IMG/VR virus record: IMGVR_UViG_3300012665_001407
Span: 1-39,003 of that record
DNA from: a virus
Lineage: Duplodnaviria > Caudoviricetes
Length of the DNA stretch: 39,003 nucleotides
Strand: one strand, 5' to 3'
The notes below the pieces were generated by a model that ran no database searches, was not told the origin of the DNA, and saw only the letters and a list, made by a program, of their open reading frames with translations. Position 1 is the stretch's first letter, and the number at the start of each line of letters is the position of its first letter. The position numbers were made by a program, and so were the translations under genes. This document shows positions 28,719 to 37,457 of the stretch, piece by piece.

Positions 28719-29821
28719 TATCTTATAACTTTAAAAATGTAATCTTTATCAGATACTATTGTTTCACCGCTTGGAAGTATGGATTTGATAAGAATTTTAT
28801 AATAACGTTCAGGTTCTAATCCATTCATATATACTGTAAAGTAATTACTTATATTATCACATCCTATTGCAGTGCCTACTGTGTCGTAATCTACGACAAT
28901 TTCTTCAGTATCCAAATCTTTTATTGACCAATATGAAGAAGAAGGTAAAGAATGTTGATTACCAAAACTAAGTGAAGTTCTAAATGTTGTTGGTTGATAT
29001 AAATCTCTAACAGTAACTCTAAATTTAGTAACAGAATCTTGTTGATACTCAGCTTTATTATTATTTAAAGTAGCAACAAAATAACTAGATGTAACTACAG
29101 ATAATGAACCTGTACTATATGTTGTATCATTCCATTTTATTTCTAAACATGGAGGATATATAGTATGTGTGTTATCTGAAAAATATTTTAATTCATATTT
29201 AGAAGCAGAAGCATTAAATTCATGTTCAGCTGCATTTTTTATTAAAAATCCATAGTTAGATATAGATCCAAGATGCCATGAATTAACTGTATTAGTCACA
29301 TTAACATCAATATCATTAGAAGTTAAAAGAGGACTATAATTTTCAGTAGTATTATATGCTGGGTTAGTATACCAAACTCCTCCTCCAGGTGTTGATCCGC
29401 TGTAAGACCCTGTAGTTCCAGAAGCATAAGTACCTTGAAGAGACCATGCATTGACATTAAGTTCACTTCTATAAGTCCAGCTAACTCCATCTGTTGTGAT
29501 AGGGACATTACCTAATCTTCCTGTACCTCTATTCCAATCTTGAGCTATAGCTTTAATATCTAAACTATAATTACTAGGAATTGAGGAAGCATTAGCTAGA
29601 AATAGTTTAAGATTTGCTGATATTGTACTACCAGAAGCTAAAGTAAAAGCTGTATTAATTTGAGACGAAGGGAATTTTATTAATGCTCGTGATACTTCAC
29701 TAGTATCATTAATAGATTCAAATGTGCTTACTTCTAATATTTCATCAATACCCGTATTTAATGTAGGGTAGAATGAATAAATAGTTGCACTCTTTTCAGG
29801 GAATATTTTATAAACTGCCAT
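28718..29821 (-). CDS. DNRLRE/CBM96-like domain virion protein with a C-terminal Ig-like domain
   Basis: SRALIKF, ANLKLF, W..GTG, VSW, DVNVTNTVNSW, NYGFLIK and P.LEIKW pattern. Confidence 0.65.
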   Translation of the reverse strand: MAVYKIFPEKSATIYSFYPTLNTGIDEILEVSTFESINDTSEVSRALIKFPSSQINTAFTLASGSTISANLKLFLANASSIPSNYSLDIKAIAQDWNRGTGRLGNVPITTDGVSWTYRSELNVNAWSLQGTYASGTTGSYSGSTPGGGVWYTNPAYNTTENYSPLLTSNDIDVNVTNTVNSWHLGSISNYGFLIKNAAEHEFNASASKYELKYFSDNTHTIYPPCLEIKWNDTTYSTGSLSVVTSSYFVATLNNNKAEYQQDSVTKFRVTVRDLYQPTTFRTSLSFGNQHSLPSSSYWSIKDLDTEEIVVDYDTVGTAIGCDNISNYFTVYMNGLEPERYYKILIKSILPSGETIVSDKDYIFKVIR

Positions 29822-29838
29822 AGTTAGTAATTACTACA

Positions 29839-29847
29839 TATAAATAT
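29839..29847 (-). promoter_or_regulatory. ATATTTATA putative late-promoter motif
   Basis: 17 nt before ATG 29821. Confidence 0.6.
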
Positions 29848-29865
29848 GGTAAATACTAAACTATT

Positions 29866-30465
29866 TTATGCTAATAGATGGTAATATTCTTTAAAGTGCT
29901 TAATACGATCAGCTAAACCAATTGTACCGCCATTAACACGTTTAGTAATAGACGTAACAACTGCATCAGTTGCACCACCATCAGCCATAACGTGTAATTT
30001 ATTTTTATTAAAGAACCAAGCAGCTGATAATAATGCATATTTTTCTGCTACCCATGTTGGGTTAGCAGCAATATCTTCATTAATTGATTTACCAAACGCA
30101 GTGTAGTTATCTTTACCAGTTAGTTGGATGTAACCACGACCACAATATTTTGCTCCATCACCAGATGCTTCAGGACCATTACCCATTCTGTTACCATATA
30201 CTTTATTAGCGATCTTTTCAGGCTTACGTTCGTATAGTTTAGCTGATTCTAATGTTGGGAAGTATTTTTTGAATATACCATTTAAACCCTTAGCACTATA
30301 ATTTAAGTTTTCTTTAGTTAATCTAAATCCACCAGATTCGTGACCACATTGAGCTAAAAAATGAGCTAAACGTAGTGGAGTATTAATTTGAAATTTTTCC
30401 ATTACTCCTGGAATTTGAGCGATTACGTTGTCTGGGATGTGTCCTTTTAATTTTTCTAAATTCAT
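29866..30465 (-). CDS. Glycoside hydrolase family 19 endolysin (chitinase/lysozyme-like)
   Basis: AHFLAQCGHESGGF, ENLNYS, GRGYIQLTGKDNY, SAAWFF and ITKRVNGGTIGLADR. Confidence 0.93.
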   Translation of the reverse strand: MNLEKLKGHIPDNVIAQIPGVMEKFQINTPLRLAHFLAQCGHESGGFRLTKENLNYSAKGLNGIFKKYFPTLESAKLYERKPEKIANKVYGNRMGNGPEASGDGAKYCGRGYIQLTGKDNYTAFGKSINEDIAANPTWVAEKYALLSAAWFFNKNKLHVMADGGATDAVVTSITKRVNGGTIGLADRIKHFKEYYHLLA

Positions 30466-30481
30466 ATTTTTAATTTTTAAA

Positions 30482-32314
30482 TTATACTACTACCCTACCT
30501 TGAATATCGGTATTAGGGAATCTAACTTCAAATATTGCTGGGTCTAATGATGGATATACATTATTATTTCTAGTTGCACCTATAATATCATATCCATATT
30601 GTGAATAATCTCCTCCTTGTTTATTTGTAACTTCTAATTTAACTACTGACTGTACGCCTTTAATTTGTAATAATTTAGACTGGATATCAGATAAAGTAAT
30701 TGGTTGGTTGATTTGCCATTTATCTATGTTGAAATAGTCTTGTAAAGTTGATATACAAGAAGTTAAAACATCTTTATTTGCGTATCCATTAGTTACAGTA
30801 ATATCAAAATTAAGTCCAATATTAATATAATAAGCATCTTTAATATTAATGGCATCAGTAATCATTCTATATTGATTAAGATATGTTACTAAATTTTCTT
30901 TTAATGTAATAGATCCGGTAGTTAATTGCTTATTATTATTATAAGATAAAACATATAAATCTAAAGATAAAGGATTGTATTGTTGAGTATAAGCTACAGT
31001 TTCTTGAGGATTATTATTAAAATCTTGTGAAATATAAGCTTTAGCTACCGTACCATAATCAGCAGGCATTGATAATGCTCTTACAATATAGTCATCTTTA
31101 GTTACAGCTCTTAATTGGGTTGAAAAAGAATATAAAGCATTTTGTCTAATTTCTTCAACACTATCACCATCTCTACCACCAGCAGAAGGAAAAGGATTAG
31201 CTGATATTACACTATTAGAAGCACTAATAGCTAAAGCATTGCCTGGATCTCCGTTTTTAAAGTAAATATTTGTTTTATCAATATTAGTTAGATCATTTAC
31301 AGGTACATTTGATGTAATACCACCACCTGTTAAGTATTTAACAATTAATGACCCGGAAGGTGCTAAACCATATTCTTGAGTAAAGAAAGTACCAGCTTCA
31401 TTATAATTATTAGTTAATAATGAAATACCAGGTACAGAACCTGCTTGAATACTTCCAGCAGTTGGGATAATTTGACTATCTGTTTTATCATTAGATAAAC
31501 CAGCACCAAACTCTAATTGTAATGTATTATCAGATAATATTCTAGAAACAAAACGTCTAGGAACTCTTTGCAATTGCATTAAGTAAGGTACTTGATCGGA
31601 ATCACTACCACCATTTGCAACTTTTTGAAACATAGATGTTTGGGCTAAATAAGGTACTTCATACCATGAATTTCCATCACTACCAGTAACATTTAATATC
31701 TGTAATATATTACTATCAGAAATATTAGCAGTAGCAAATTTCTGATTTGCTGGTATATTAAGTGTGGTTGTTTTAATTTCAGCTGATATAGCAGGAACAG
31801 ACTTTTTAATTAGATAAAAATTACTATTCATGTATGTAAGTTCAGCACTACCCGTATTAGTAAAATCTATCTGTTGAGTGGTTAAAAATTTAGTACCTGT
31901 TGAAGTTGAAGTAATAACTGTATTTGCTGGGATAATCAAACCATAAGTTGAAAGATCTGGATGGTAAGTGATTCCTCCATCTGTAGAAACAGAAGGTATC
32001 ATTTGATATATATCAACATTAGTATTAGAAGCATATGATGCTTTAGGGCGATATCCCATTACATATGCTTGTGCGTATAAATTTTCTTTTTCCTTAGCGT
32101 ATAATAAGAAATTTTCTTGTACTTGAGTATCTAAATAAAATGAAGTTACGTCACCAACGTAAGATGCCATTTCAATAAACATATTTCCTGGTGTGGCTTC
32201 TGTAAAGTCATTATACGTTGTTGGGAAATAAGTTTTTGCATATTCCTGTAATATCGATTTAAAATCGGTAAAACTTTTATTTAAATAGGATATATTTTTA
32301 TCTTCGTTAGCCAT
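30482..32314 (-). CDS. Baseplate wedge subunit (T4 gp6 / P2 gpJ-like)
   Basis: NDFTEATPGNMFIEMASYVGD, MGYRP, LEFG.G, GG.DGDSVEEIR and QLRAVTKDDY. Follows a gp25-like gene. Confidence 0.85.
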   Translation of the reverse strand: MANEDKNISYLNKSFTDFKSILQEYAKTYFPTTYNDFTEATPGNMFIEMASYVGDVTSFYLDTQVQENFLLYAKEKENLYAQAYVMGYRPKASYASNTNVDIYQMIPSVSTDGGITYHPDLSTYGLIIPANTVITSTSTGTKFLTTQQIDFTNTGSAELTYMNSNFYLIKKSVPAISAEIKTTTLNIPANQKFATANISDSNILQILNVTGSDGNSWYEVPYLAQTSMFQKVANGGSDSDQVPYLMQLQRVPRRFVSRILSDNTLQLEFGAGLSNDKTDSQIIPTAGSIQAGSVPGISLLTNNYNEAGTFFTQEYGLAPSGSLIVKYLTGGGITSNVPVNDLTNIDKTNIYFKNGDPGNALAISASNSVISANPFPSAGGRDGDSVEEIRQNALYSFSTQLRAVTKDDYIVRALSMPADYGTVAKAYISQDFNNNPQETVAYTQQYNPLSLDLYVLSYNNNKQLTTGSITLKENLVTYLNQYRMITDAINIKDAYYINIGLNFDITVTNGYANKDVLTSCISTLQDYFNIDKWQINQPITLSDIQSKLLQIKGVQSVVKLEVTNKQGGDYSQYGYDIIGATRNNNVYPSLDPAIFEVRFPNTDIQGRVVV

Positions 32315-32316
32315 TT

Positions 32317-32730
32317 TTATTTAATTGATTCAAATTGTATTGTTAATGTACCTGGGGTATTAGATATAATAATTTTATAGTCTATTGTTACATCTATTGA
32401 GTTAAGATCAGTATTAGGAATAATTATAATATTTAAAAGTTGTACCTCAGGAATAAATGTATTAACGGCTTCTACAATACTATCTATAATTTTTTGTTCA
32501 TTTTCAGTAGTAATACTTTCAAATAATTGTTTTTTAATATTACATCCAAAATTAGGATTCATTACTCTTTCTCCTTTATTAGTGAGTAAAAGATTAACTA
32601 AATTAGATTTAATTTGATCCTTAGTAGTAAAAGTACTATTAAAAGGTCCTTTAAAAGGTAAACTTACCCCAATAGCAATATTTTTACGTAAATCTAGCGG
32701 ATTTACACGTACTGTTTGAGGTATTGGCAT
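32317..32730 (-). CDS. Baseplate wedge / sheath initiator (T4 gp25 / gpW-like)
   Basis: IKSNLVNLLLTNKGERVMNPNFGC...LFE...FIPEV. Confidence 0.9.
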   Translation of the reverse strand: MPIPQTVRVNPLDLRKNIAIGVSLPFKGPFNSTFTTKDQIKSNLVNLLLTNKGERVMNPNFGCNIKKQLFESITTENEQKIIDSIVEAVNTFIPEVQLLNIIIIPNTDLNSIDVTIDYKIIISNTPGTLTIQFESIK

Positions 32731-32731
32731 G

Positions 32732-33097
32732 TTATCCTAAATTTTTAAGACTCGCTCTTTCTTGAGGTGTCATATTATTAGCAGCATCAGCAATGAATGC
32801 AGCAAATGGATTTACTTTTTCACCCGTATTTTCGTCAATAGCGTTAATAACTTCCAATTTAGGTGATTGTGGTTGAAAACCAAAAGCTTCACCCATTTGG
32901 GCTGCTAATTGACCACGAACACCATTAGGTAGTGGATTAGTTGATACATCGTTACTAGTAAAACTCATTGTTCTACCTTCACGTAATGCTTTTTTCTCTT
33001 GTTTAGCCATGTGCTCTTCAAGAATGTATGGTAACTCTTCATGAATAGCATCGATTACTGCTTCTTTAATTAGTCTTTTGAATGCTTTTGTGTTCAT
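32732..33097 (-). CDS. Hypothetical protein with an N-terminal FKRLIKEAV helix
   Basis: 121-aa ORF with its own upstream ATATTTATA motif. Confidence 0.7.
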   Translation of the reverse strand: MNTKAFKRLIKEAVIDAIHEELPYILEEHMAKQEKKALREGRTMSFTSNDVSTNPLPNGVRGQLAAQMGEAFGFQPQSPKLEVINAIDENTGEKVNPFAAFIADAANNMTPQERASLKNLG

Positions 33098-33100
33098 AAT

Positions 33101-33109
33101 TATAAATAT
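33101..33109 (-). promoter_or_regulatory. ATATTTATA putative late-promoter motif
   Basis: 3 nt before ATG 33097. Confidence 0.6.
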
Positions 33110-33110
33110 T

Positions 33111-34373
33111 TTATCCTTGTAAATTTCGTTGATCGATAATCAGTTTTAGTTGGTCTACTAAGTCTTGTGGGTCCAAAGTAAATGAATAGTCGCTTTTTAA
33201 TACTTCTGTACCGTCGCGATTAATTGCTACGGCATATCGGCGTTTATTTCCCTTAACAACAAATGATTTGTTTTGTTCTTCTTTAATGTCAAATTTAAAG
33301 TTTTTATATGGTGGGAATTGATTTTTACTAAATATTGCTGATGATAGATTATTAAATTCGTCTTCGTTTAAATTTAATGCTGTTTTATCATCTAATAACT
33401 GATTAACTGCTTTTAGTCTTTCAATTAGATCATTTAGTTTTGAAATTTCACTTTCTAATATAGTTACAGCTATAGCTGCTACTACGCTTAATGAAACAAT
33501 TAACTTAGATGCTTTTTCTAACGATTTAACAATTCTAGTAATTACATTAACTGGGATACCTATACCAGGAGGCACAGCTGTTGGGATAGGTATAGCAGAT
33601 AAAATAGCAACCACAGCAGTAAAAATAGTAATATATAGACTAATTTGTGCTATTGTTTTTTGTAAATTATTTAATTTACTAATACTGTTATTAATTAAAG
33701 TAACAGCATTGTTTCTTAAATTAGTGGCAATAGCAATAGTTTCTGGAGTATTTGCTTGTTCTATGTAAGCATTTACTTGATCTACTAATTTTTCTAATTG
33801 TGCTCTTTGAGATAAAACAGAAGCAAATTTATTAGCTAATTGTAGTGCAAGAATAGGAGCTAAAGTTTTAGCAGCATTTTTAGCTAATTTTTTAACTAGA
33901 TCTCTTCTTGCTTTTGCTCGTTCAGCTTTATTTCTTGTTTTCCTTTTTTCTTTTTTTACTTTTCTTTTATTTTTAAGAAGTTTTATTTTAGCTAAAGGAT
34001 CAGCAATTATTTTTGCTAAATCTTCTTTAAGTTTTAAATCTAATTCTTCTAAGTCTTTTAACTTGTTTTGATATGCTTCATCTTCTTTTGCAACCGCTTT
34101 ATTATATTGTTCTTGAGTAATTTGTTTTTCCTTAAGCAATATTTCTAGTCTTTTCATTTCAGTACCATGATCAGACCATATTTTGATTTTTAATTCTACT
34201 ATTTCTTGTATTTGATCTTTTAGCTCTTGGACTTTACCTAAAGCAGCAGATATTACTTTTTCTTTTGCTTTATTAACTAATTGATCACCAAAAGTTTTAA
34301 TAGCAGCAGCCGATGATATTGTTTTAAGAACATCAGGAGAAATTACAGATCCTACATTTACATTATTAGCCAT
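33111..34373 (-). CDS. Coiled-coil protein with a hydrophobic helical hairpin and a basic patch
   Basis: LYITIFTAVVAILSAIPIPTAVPPGIGIPV...LIVSLSVVAAIAVTIL and KNKRKVKKEKRKTRNK. Confidence 0.7.
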   Translation of the reverse strand: MANNVNVGSVISPDVLKTISSAAAIKTFGDQLVNKAKEKVISAALGKVQELKDQIQEIVELKIKIWSDHGTEMKRLEILLKEKQITQEQYNKAVAKEDEAYQNKLKDLEELDLKLKEDLAKIIADPLAKIKLLKNKRKVKKEKRKTRNKAERAKARRDLVKKLAKNAAKTLAPILALQLANKFASVLSQRAQLEKLVDQVNAYIEQANTPETIAIATNLRNNAVTLINNSISKLNNLQKTIAQISLYITIFTAVVAILSAIPIPTAVPPGIGIPVNVITRIVKSLEKASKLIVSLSVVAAIAVTILESEISKLNDLIERLKAVNQLLDDKTALNLNEDEFNNLSSAIFSKNQFPPYKNFKFDIKEEQNKSFVVKGNKRRYAVAINRDGTEVLKSDYSFTLDPQDLVDQLKLIIDQRNLQG

Positions 34374-35551
34374 TAAGCTGTAAAATTTTGTTGTGATAAA
34401 ATTCCTTCTAAACTGTCATTCATTCTATCTATATCATTTAATAATCCCTCAGCAGCCATATTAATATCCATAGCAGGAGCACCTTCAGGTGAACCAACAA
34501 CAGACGATAAAGCAGCACCAAAACTATATAAACTATCTAATAAATTTTCTAATAGAGTATTTAATTTATCGCCTAATACTAATGGTTCTGTTGGTAAGTT
34601 ATTATTTACAGTACCTAAAAAAACCGTATTACTATTAAGATGAACACGCTCACTAGCATTTAGATTAATAATATTTTTAGTATTTAACTCGATGTTTGTT
34701 TTAGCAAATATCATTACTTCATCTCTTTTAGAGTTTAAAATAACTCTATCACTATTTAAAATTAGTTGAGAATTAAAGTATTTAGAAACATCTATTGGTT
34801 TAGTTAGTGGGTTTAAAGTACCTGTTCTATCTGTTTGAAGTGGGATTTGTTGTGTCGTTGTTAAATAAATAGAAGAAGCATCTTGATTTATTTTTTCAAC
34901 ATGAAATTTTTCTTTAGGATTATAAGCAAATCCATTTGATAATATAGTAATAGGACTATCATCATTTCCTACATTACTCCATTCATTTAAATCATTATAT
35001 AACTTAGTAGTTGAACTAAAACGAAGAGCATTACCTTGTCTTCCTTGAACTATATGATCACCCTCAAACGATAATAAAGATTTTATATTAACATTTTCTA
35101 CAAAAGTAATTCCTAAATTATCTGAAGAATCTGCTGGTTGTGAGTTTTGTTGATTGTTATTCCATAGATTTACAACGCTGGTATAATATTTTTGATTTGA
35201 AGAATTATTAAGGGAAAGTTGAGTGTCTGGAGATGGGGCGTCTACTAATGTTACTAGTTCCCCTAAGATAGGGTAGTATTGAGTTTGTGGAGACATTGGT
35301 TTAGCTATACTACATACCTCTAAAAAATCATCTCCAGTTCCTGTAACATTTTTTGCAGAATTATAATCAAGATAAAATATAGATCCTATACCATTAAAAC
35401 CACCTGCTTTTTTAAACATTTTTTCACTAGGGGTATTTTCAGTAGTTACAACACCGTATACTCTTCCTATTTGTAAAGAAGGAGTAATGGAAAAATTATT
35501 TCTTCCTTGTGAAGATAAAATATTTGAAAACCCACCTATTTGATACTTCAT
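34373..35551 (-). CDS. Baseplate hub / central spike protein (gp5/gpV-like)
   Basis: OB-fold-like YPILGELVTL, EGDHIVQGRQGNALRF, beta-helix-like repeats (LNSDRVILNSK...INLNA...VHLNS) and EPLVLGD. Upstream of gp25/gp6-like genes. Confidence 0.7.
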   Translation of the reverse strand: MKYQIGGFSNILSSQGRNNFSITPSLQIGRVYGVVTTENTPSEKMFKKAGGFNGIGSIFYLDYNSAKNVTGTGDDFLEVCSIAKPMSPQTQYYPILGELVTLVDAPSPDTQLSLNNSSNQKYYTSVVNLWNNNQQNSQPADSSDNLGITFVENVNIKSLLSFEGDHIVQGRQGNALRFSSTTKLYNDLNEWSNVGNDDSPITILSNGFAYNPKEKFHVEKINQDASSIYLTTTQQIPLQTDRTGTLNPLTKPIDVSKYFNSQLILNSDRVILNSKRDEVMIFAKTNIELNTKNIINLNASERVHLNSNTVFLGTVNNNLPTEPLVLGDKLNTLLENLLDSLYSFGAALSSVVGSPEGAPAMDINMAAEGLLNDIDRMNDSLEGILSQQNFTA

Positions 35552-35553
35552 AT

Positions 35554-35937
35554 TTAATTATTTAAAGCAATAACTGGTTTTTGTTCAAGTAATTTTTGAC
35601 TTTGTTCTTGTACATCTTTCTGTTCAGCTAATAAAGCTTCAATCTCACTCATATCAATTAATGATTCTGGTGATGATGAGTTACTAGTAGCGGCGCGTTG
35701 AGCGATAGCTGCCATTTTTACTAGTTGTTCGTTATTCTTTACATTAACATCTATTAAATCTTTAACAACAGGCATTAAATTTGTAGCATTACCCACGTTA
35801 GCTGTCGCCATTGGTTTCATAGTATCGATGAAATCCTCAATCTTCTTATCAATATCTTTATTATTCTTATGTATTTTCTTAAACAAGTCCGACAAGGACA
35901 TACCATCAAATACTTCTACATCGTTAAAATTAGCCAT
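35554..35937 (-). CDS. Hypothetical helical protein. Likely start is ATG at 35937 (MANFNDVEV).
   Basis: The alternative start at 35952 overlaps the ATATTTATT motif. Confidence 0.7.
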   Translation of the reverse strand: MANFNDVEVFDGMSLSDLFKKIHKNNKDIDKKIEDFIDTMKPMATANVGNATNLMPVVKDLIDVNVKNNEQLVKMAAIAQRAATSNSSSPESLIDMSEIEALLAEQKDVQEQSQKLLEQKPVIALNN

Positions 35938-35950
35938 AATTGCGTTTATC

Positions 35951-35959
35951 AATAAATAT
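35951..35959 (-). promoter_or_regulatory. ATATTTATT putative late-promoter motif heading the baseplate operon
   Basis: 13 nt before ATG 35937. Confidence 0.55.
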
Positions 35960-35965
35960 GAATAA

Positions 35966-36736
35966 TTAAATCTTTATATACCCATGCTCATAATATTCAT
36001 TATATAAATGAACATATATAACTTTAAGTTTTTTAATGATTTTAGTAATCTGAGGAGTGGATACGTCTGTAATTTCGCGTATGTAGATGTATAGAGCCTT
36101 TTTATTGAATATTTCTAGTGTTTCACGCTTACGGAATAATTCAACGATAGCGTCTGCTGTTTGAGCATCTTGTTTTTTAGGAAATAATTTGTATATATGT
36201 TTGTCTATATACTTAATATATTGATCCATAAACCCATTACCATCCAGCATACTCTCAATGTTCTTATCATTTTCATATAAGTGCATTTGTTCCTCATCGC
36301 TTTCATCTACATCAACTTTTTCTTGAAGTTTCTTATAGTTGTTTTCGTTATAAACAATAAGGTAACGTTTAGCAATAGTACCAAAGTAACTAAATGCTTT
36401 ACCCTTCTCAGGTTTATATAAATGAAGTTTCTCAAGCAGAAATGTAATTACTTCATGCTTGAGTTCTTCAATTGTATCAGTATCAGTGTAGTAGAATTTA
36501 AACGTATGAATAATATTCTCGGCTAATTTATAGAAGCCATATTCAATACGCTCATTGTAAATGCGATTACGCTCAGCGGTATCAACCGTAATAAGGTACT
36601 CGACAATAGCATCCTCAGTATCTTGAGTAAAATAGATACGGGGTTCTTTTGGTTTACGTTTACGTGGTTTACCGCGTTTAGTAAGTGCTAATGTATCATC
36701 ATCAGCAAATATATCGTAATTATCGTTATATGACAT
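35966..36736 (-). CDS. Phage RNA polymerase sigma factor, T4 gp55-like (late transcription)
   Basis: KLAENII..FKFY...ELKHEVITFLLEKLHLYKPEKGKAFSYFGTIAKRYL resembles sigma region 2 (F/Y-xPEK...F-xYF-x-I) of gp55-type factors. C-terminal HTH-like segment. Confidence 0.7.
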   Translation of the reverse strand: MSYNDNYDIFADDDTLALTKRGKPRKRKPKEPRIYFTQDTEDAIVEYLITVDTAERNRIYNERIEYGFYKLAENIIHTFKFYYTDTDTIEELKHEVITFLLEKLHLYKPEKGKAFSYFGTIAKRYLIVYNENNYKKLQEKVDVDESDEEQMHLYENDKNIESMLDGNGFMDQYIKYIDKHIYKLFPKKQDAQTADAIVELFRKRETLEIFNKKALYIYIREITDVSTPQITKIIKKLKVIYVHLYNEYYEHGYIKI

Positions 36737-36757
36737 AGTGATTTCCTAATTTTACTC

Positions 36758-36789
36758 CCAATGTATGGAAGGAAAACCACATAACCAAA
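36758..36789 (-). promoter_or_regulatory. Bacteroidota-type promoter upstream of the sigma factor gene
   Basis: Minus strand TTTG-N20-TACATTGG, one mismatch to TAnnTTTG. Confidence 0.55.
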
Positions 36790-37062
36790 TTATTTTTGGG
36801 AAGCGTTGAAGTCACTTATGATGTTTTGGATCTCTCTTAAGTTATTAAAGAAAGTACCTACTTCATCATCGGCTTCAAATGCACCTTGAATATCAAGTTC
36901 TTTTAATTTAGCATCGGAATTGGCAACTATAATACTAATAGCGTCAATATATTCTTGTCTTTGAGCAACTGCTTTTTCAAGAACACTATTACGTCTAATT
37001 AATAAAAATCCACCAATAACAACTAATTCAACAACATGTATAATTAATAATGTTAACCACAT
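36790..37062 (-). CDS. Small membrane protein (N-terminal transmembrane helix plus coiled coil)
   Basis: MWLTLLIIHVVELVVIGGFLLIRR. Confidence 0.7.
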   Translation of the reverse strand: MWLTLLIIHVVELVVIGGFLLIRRNSVLEKAVAQRQEYIDAISIIVANSDAKLKELDIQGAFEADDEVGTFFNNLREIQNIISDFNASQK

Positions 37063-37064
37063 AA

Positions 37065-37262
37065 TTATCTTGTAAATTGATTTGCGAAATCATCTTGTTC
37101 TAAAGAAATCATTTCACGTGTTTTTTCAATTTGTTCTTTAACTTCATCAATAGATTCTAAGATTTGATCTTGCTCCATCCCTCTATTTACTTGAAATTGA
37201 ACTTTATTTACTGTTGCTTCTAGTTGTACTAATTTATCTAGTACGTTATTTTTGTATTTCAT
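37065..37262 (-). CDS. Small coiled-coil hypothetical protein
   Basis: 65-aa ORF downstream of an ATATTTATA motif. Confidence 0.7.
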   Translation of the reverse strand: MKYKNNVLDKLVQLEATVNKVQFQVNRGMEQDQILESIDEVKEQIEKTREMISLEQDDFANQFTR

Positions 37263-37276
37263 AATATATGTTTATA

Positions 37277-37285
37277 TATAAATAT
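37277..37285 (-). promoter_or_regulatory. ATATTTATA putative late-promoter motif
   Basis: 14 nt before ATG 37262. Confidence 0.55.
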
Positions 37286-37294
37286 ATGATTCTT

Positions 37295-37352
37295 CCCGTT
37301 CCCCAACCCCTCGGCATTTTTCCCATTCTCCCCGTTCCCCTTTTCCCAACCC
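37295..37352 (-). other. Eight-tract G-rich element (G-quadruplex-forming candidate)
   Basis: Minus strand GGG-TT-GGG-AAAA-GGGG-AAC-GGGG-AGAAT-GGG-N11-GGGG-TT-GGGG-AAC-GGG. Confidence 0.7.
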
Positions 37353-37360
37353 GCGTAGGT

Positions 37361-37392
37361 GGAAGTTACGAGAGATATTTTGTACTTCCAAA
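37361..37392 (-). promoter_or_regulatory. Possible Bacteroidota-type promoter directly upstream of the G-rich element
   Basis: TTTG-N20-TAACTTCC, with the same spacing as the other two and the same CG before TA as at the primase promoter. Two mismatches in the -7 box. Confidence 0.4.
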
Positions 37393-37420
37393 GAAAAAGG
37401 GCATCTTTTTCAAGATACCC
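37390..37420 (-). terminator. Rho-independent terminator
   Basis: Minus strand GGGTATCTT-GAAA-AAGATGCCC-TTTTTCTTT: 9-bp stem with one U-G pair, GNRA loop and U tract. Confidence 0.85.
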
Positions 37421-37457
37421 AAAATCTTCCAACATACCAAAAATGTCGTATGTAATA

